Assembly (NCBI GenBank): GCA_965218435.1
Contig: CBDCKW010000009.1
Coordinates: 3,680,001 to 3,744,000, forward strand
Length of the DNA stretch: 64,000 bases
Source: Truepera sp.
Lineage (GTDB): Bacteria; Deinococcota; Deinococci; Deinococcales; Trueperaceae
Direction: 5' to 3'
The position numbers were made by a program, and so were the translations under genes. Shown here piece by piece: positions 60,162 to 64,000 of the stretch. Positions within the stretch are counted from its first letter, which is position 1. Each line of letters begins with the position of its first letter. The notes beneath the pieces were generated by a model. That model made no database searches. It was not told the origin of the DNA and saw only the letters and a list, made by a program, of their open reading frames with translations.

Positions 60162-60884
60162 GTGAAATACACTGTCCTGACCCTATTTCCGCAACTCATC
60201 CGACCTTGGACACAAGAGGCACTTTTGGGGCGCGCGGTCAAAGCGGGACTGCTCGAGTTCGATCTGCGTGACCTTCGTGACTACGCCGGAAACCGTCATC
60301 GCCGGGTAGACGACACGCCCTACGGCGGCGGCGCGGGGATGGTTATTCGGGTAGATGTGGCAGCGCGGGCGCTCGCTGAGGTGAGCGAACCTGACGAAGT
60401 TATCCTGCTCTCACCTGCTGGGGAACCTCTGACGCAGCGTCTGGCCGAACAACTCGCGCAAAAGGAGCATCTCTGCTTGCTCTCCGGGCGTTATGAAGGT
60501 TTTGACGCCCGCACCGAAGCACTTGTCACGCGTGAGGTCAGCGTCGGCGACTTTGTGATGATGGGCGGTGAGGTTGCGGCACTCGCGCTGATCGAGGCGA
60601 CGGCGCGGCTGTTACCGGGTGTTTTAGGTGACGCGGAGAGTCACGCGCAAGATTCGTTTACGACCGGCTTGTTAGATTACCCGGAGTACACGCGGCCCCT
60701 AAGCTATGGGGGCACAAGCGTTCCTGACATGCTCTTAAGTGGTCATCATGCTTACATTACGCGGTGGCGGCGGGAACAGGCGCTCCTCAGGACCTTGGCG
60801 CGTCGCCCGGAGCTGTTGCAACAAACCGAGCTGAGCAACGAGGATAAGGTGTTTCTCGAGGCTCAAAAAAAAGCGACCCCGTAA
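60162..60884 (+). CDS. trmD: tRNA (guanine37-N1)-methyltransferase
   Basis: [21 protein letters not shown] and YPEYTRP. Confidence 0.97.
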   Translation: MKYTVLTLFPQLIRPWTQEALLGRAVKAGLLEFDLRDLRDYAGNRHRRVDDTPYGGGAGMVIRVDVAARALAEVSEPDEVILLSPAGEPLTQRLAEQLAQKEHLCLLSGRYEGFDARTEALVTREVSVGDFVMMGGEVAALALIEATARLLPGVLGDAESHAQDSFTTGLLDYPEYTRPLSYGGTSVPDMLLSGHHAYITRWRREQALLRTLARRPELLQQTELSNEDKVFLEAQKKATP

Positions 60885-60922
60885 GGCCGCCTCGTCTAAT
60901 TTTGATCTAACTGTCTACAAGC

Positions 60923-61462
60923 TTAGTTACTGCCCGTACCTGCGTCTGGATGTGCGGCCTGAATCTCTTTAACGGCCTCTTCGGTAATATCCGGGATACT
61001 GCTCGCGCCGTAAACCACGAGTGATGAGGTGGCGGCAAGTTCGCGGTTTAAGACGAGCGTATAGCCGTTCGCCTCAGCAATTTTGGTGATAATGTCGTTG
61101 ATCTCTGCTTCGGCGGGTTTGGCCGCGTCTCGAATTTCCTGTTGATAACGCTGCTGCGTTTCCTGATAGGTGCGCTGTGACAGTTCTAAGGTATTTTGCT
61201 CTTCAGGCGTAAGCTGCTGGCCGCTGTTGCGCTTATCAATAAGTGGTTGTAAGCCTGTGGCAATTTGCTGCAACTCGGTACGTGCTTGTTGGGTCAAGGC
61301 TTCAGCGGCTTTACCAGCAGGGTGCGCGGCTAAAACTTTTGAGGTCTGGACAAACGCAATGCTAAGGGGCGCGGCGGCGGTACTGGTGTCTTGAGCACTG
61401 ACTACAGCTAAGGGAGACAAAAGGGTTAAAAGGGCAAAAACAGGAGTAAGAAAAGTGCGCAT
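60923..61462 (-). CDS. OmpH/Skp family chaperone
   Basis: Signal peptide, IAFV, coiled coil, IAEANGYTLVL..DIT. Confidence 0.8.
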   Translation of the reverse strand: MRTFLTPVFALLTLLSPLAVVSAQDTSTAAAPLSIAFVQTSKVLAAHPAGKAAEALTQQARTELQQIATGLQPLIDKRNSGQQLTPEEQNTLELSQRTYQETQQRYQQEIRDAAKPAEAEINDIITKIAEANGYTLVLNRELAATSSLVVYGASSIPDITEEAVKEIQAAHPDAGTGSN

Positions 61463-61577
61463 AAGGGCGAGTTTACCAAGGGTTCAATGAGATGTGTCTT
61501 AACCGAACTGCGGCCACTTCTGACCGATGCCCAAAATTACACGCCTCTGCAGAGCCGTAAAACTTAGACTGCAGCTT

Positions 61578-62708
61578 ATGTTGGTTGCGCTTACGCTTGC
61601 GCTCTTCGGGGCGCTGATCGGTTCGTTTGCAAATGTAGTTATCTACCGCCTGCCACGGGGCGAGTCTATCGTCTTTCCGGGGTCGCATTGCCCCAACTGT
61701 GGGCACGAATTAGGGGCGCTCGAGCTCGTTCCCGTGCTGTCATGGGCCGTTCTAGGTGCTCGCTGCCGCCGGTGTAAAAACGGCATCTCGGCGCGGTATC
61801 CACTTGTCGAAACGCTCTTCGCGCTCGGGTTTTTTACGCTGACGCTGCGCTATCCGCTCGAGACAGACGGCCCTAGTGTGTTTCCCCTGCTCGTTCTTTT
61901 TGCGCTGCTCGTCATCCTCGCCGCTATCGACCTCGACACGCAGCTTTTACCCGACGTGCTGACCTTTCCGGCCCTCGCAGCTGCCCTTTTCGGCACTATT
62001 TTTTACGTTCCGGAGAGCGGTTTGCCCAACTTTATGGACGCACTTTACGGCGCGTGTTTGGGCGCGGGCGTGTTGGCGCTGCTGAACCGCGTCGGCGCGC
62101 TCGTATTGCGGCGCTTTGGGGATACCGGCGAACGTCTCTGGCCGTTGGGGATGGATCAGGTCAACGTGGCGGCGCTTGTAGGGGTTGTCGGTTGGCCATT
62201 CGGCTTTTTGGGCGCAGCGGGGTCGCTGGCGCTCAACACCGTCACGCGCCGCACCCTGCGGCTACCGGAACCGCTCGTTTACGGGCTCTGGTTGGTGGCG
62301 CTTGTCGTGATGAGCGTACTTTTACCCAATCCGCTGACAGCGGTGTCCGGCTCGCTCGTCGCGGCGGGCGGGGCGGCGCTCGTCGGGGCATTCTACTGGT
62401 GGCTGCACGACCTGAAAAATCCTGAAGCGTCCGCAAATGATCTTGAAGACGAGGCCGACGAACCCGTTGCGATGGGCTTTGGGGACGTTAAACTGGCGGG
62501 CGTTCTAGGGGCGCTGTTGGGGGTGCAAAACCTGCTGGTGGCGCTGCTGCTAGCGTTTATCTTCGGTGCAGTGGGTGGACTGCTCGGTAAAGCTCTAGGG
62601 CGGGGGAGAGTCGTGCCGTTCGGCCCTTATCTAGTCTTAGGCGCGCTGGCCGCACTTTTTTACGGGACGCCGCTGGTGACGTGGTATCTGGGGTTGCTCA
62701 GCGTTTGA
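61578..62708 (+). CDS. pilD: Prepilin peptidase (A24)
   Basis: GSFANVVIYRLP, SHCPNC..CRRC, IDLD, MGFGDVKL and PFGPYL. Confidence 0.92.
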   Translation: MLVALTLALFGALIGSFANVVIYRLPRGESIVFPGSHCPNCGHELGALELVPVLSWAVLGARCRRCKNGISARYPLVETLFALGFFTLTLRYPLETDGPSVFPLLVLFALLVILAAIDLDTQLLPDVLTFPALAAALFGTIFYVPESGLPNFMDALYGACLGAGVLALLNRVGALVLRRFGDTGERLWPLGMDQVNVAALVGVVGWPFGFLGAAGSLALNTVTRRTLRLPEPLVYGLWLVALVVMSVLLPNPLTAVSGSLVAAGGAALVGAFYWWLHDLKNPEASANDLEDEADEPVAMGFGDVKLAGVLGALLGVQNLLVALLLAFIFGAVGGLLGKALGRGRVVPFGPYLVLGALAALFYGTPLVTWYLGLLSV

Positions 62709-62808
62709 TAGAACTGTTTCAAGTACACCGGCGGTGTACTTGAAACAGATAAAGAGGGGGCGGTGCAGCCTCCTCTTCGCTTGCCTTATTTCGGGTTTTT
62801 GAGCGCGG

Positions 62809-63678
62809 TTAGGTTTCGCTCTGACCGTGCGCAACCTGCGCGAGAGCCGTCGACCAGTCCAACTCGGCCCCGCCTGCTTCAGCCGCTTGTATCAGGTTAC
62901 TCCTGACCGCTTCGGCTAGCGGCAGCTTAACGCTAGTTTTCTGAGCAGCCTCAAGAAAGAGCCCATTATCTTTGAGCGGTAGCGTTAGACCTGATGGGGC
63001 AGCCGGTGCTTGTCCAGCAATCATCGGGCCGTACGAACGGTAGACGAACGACGCAAATAGCGTCTCGCCCATGACAGAAAAGAAACGTTCAACGTCTGCG
63101 CCTTGCGTTTGGAGCACGGCCGCAGCCTCAGCCATCGCCTCGAGCGCCCCGCTGATCATAAAGTTGGCGGCGAGCTTGGCGATCTGTGCTTGGACGGGAT
63201 TAGGGCCGATCAGCCAGGTTTTACCCAGGGCTGCAAAGGGCGCTTCGAGCAGCTCGAGGTTTGCCGCTTCACCCCCGACCAGCAAGTTTAGCCCCTTCTG
63301 CTCGATGGCTTCAGGGCGTCCCAGTATCGGCGCTGCAACGTAAGGCAGACCGATACTGGTATGAACGTCAAAAAGTTCGTGAGCTAGCGACATCGAGATC
63401 GTCGACATACAAACGTGTAGGCAGGTTTTATCGACCCGCTCGAGGGCACCTGAACCGAGTAAAACCGTCCGAATCGCCTCGTCGTCAAACAAAATCGACA
63501 GCGCGAGGTCGGTTTGGAAGGTATCTTCAACCCTTTCGGCGCGGCGTGCGCCCGCTTGCACAAGGGGGTCTACGGCTCCGCGAGAGCGGTTCCAGGCGGT
63601 AACTTCATATCCAGCGTTCAGCAAGTTGAGCGCCATCTGACGCCCCATTGCGCCGACGCCTATAATTCCAATATGCAC
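62809..63678 (-). CDS. NAD(P)-dependent oxidoreductase (3-hydroxyisobutyrate/6PGD family)
   Basis: GVGAMG, WNRS, MSTIS and KLAAN. GGAGG RBS before GTG 63678. Confidence 0.88.
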   Translation of the reverse strand: MHIGIIGVGAMGRQMALNLLNAGYEVTAWNRSRGAVDPLVQAGARRAERVEDTFQTDLALSILFDDEAIRTVLLGSGALERVDKTCLHVCMSTISMSLAHELFDVHTSIGLPYVAAPILGRPEAIEQKGLNLLVGGEAANLELLEAPFAALGKTWLIGPNPVQAQIAKLAANFMISGALEAMAEAAAVLQTQGADVERFFSVMGETLFASFVYRSYGPMIAGQAPAAPSGLTLPLKDNGLFLEAAQKTSVKLPLAEAVRSNLIQAAEAGGAELDWSTALAQVAHGQSET

Positions 63679-63722
63679 GGTCAAACCTCCAGATACGTTA
63701 AGTAATAGTCTTGGACCCAACA

Positions 63723-63758
63723 GTTAGGCTACAGCCTAAACTTAGGTTGTAGCCTAAC
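63723..63758. promoter_or_regulatory. Tandem palindromic operator, probably TetR
   Basis: TTAGGCTACAGCCTAA and TTAGGTTGTAGCCTAA between divergent genes. Confidence 0.75.
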
Positions 63759-63780
63759 ATATCTGAGGAGGCAACCATAG

Positions 63781-64000
63781 GTGACAAGCTACAAGGCACC
63801 AAAGCGACGACGGGAAATCCAACGTGAGCGGATGCGTACGCGGCTGCTCCAAGCTGCCTTAACGCTGTTTGCCGAATACGGTTATGAGGCTACGACCATC
63901 GACCAGATCGCCGAACGCGCCGACGTAGCGCGGCAAACTGTACTTAATCACTACCCCCTCAAACGGGACTTTTTGCGGGCTTGGGGGCAACAGCGCCGCG
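63781..64000 (+). CDS. TetR/AcrR family regulator (5' part, runs off the window)
   Basis: GAGGAGG RBS, GTG, then GYEATTIDQIAERADVARQTVLNHYP. Confidence 0.85.
   Translation, partial: MTSYKAPKRRREIQRERMRTRLLQAALTLFAEYGYEATTIDQIAERADVARQTVLNHYPLKRDFLRAWGQQRR

Overview
This is a moderately GC-rich bacterial chromosome segment, most likely Deinococcota (Truepera-like). That assignment is inferred from the PilC/PilD, YpdA, OmpH and NrdJ types and from many leaderless TANNNT promoters. The backbone is housekeeping: nth, pilC, rpsT, trmJ, five tRNAs, copA/csoR, speA, intein-containing nrdJ, purH, a SurA-like PPIase, DAHP synthase, ffh-rpsP-khpA-rimM-trmD, ompH and pilD. Accessory genes and decaying mobile elements are interspersed. 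The main observations are: (1) an envelope ABC-exporter operon whose open spacers all carry 7-nt-period CAG/CTG inverted repeat arrays, with an Avd/IVS-like four-helix-bundle gene in the loop of one of them; (2) an unannotated Phe/Tyr/Trp leader peptide with attenuator before DAHP synthase; (3) a 1.68-kb IS4-derived unit with IRs and a 9-bp TSD carrying merR plus an SDR fused to a transposase tail; (4) a 175-bp ISAs1-like MITE; (5) a dinB gene hit by two IS elements; (6) a Gln-terminated intein at the catalytic Cys of NrdJ; (7) a ~100-bp dispersed structured repeat in three copies; (8) strong over-representation of CTCGAG. All calls were made by eye, with no database searches.
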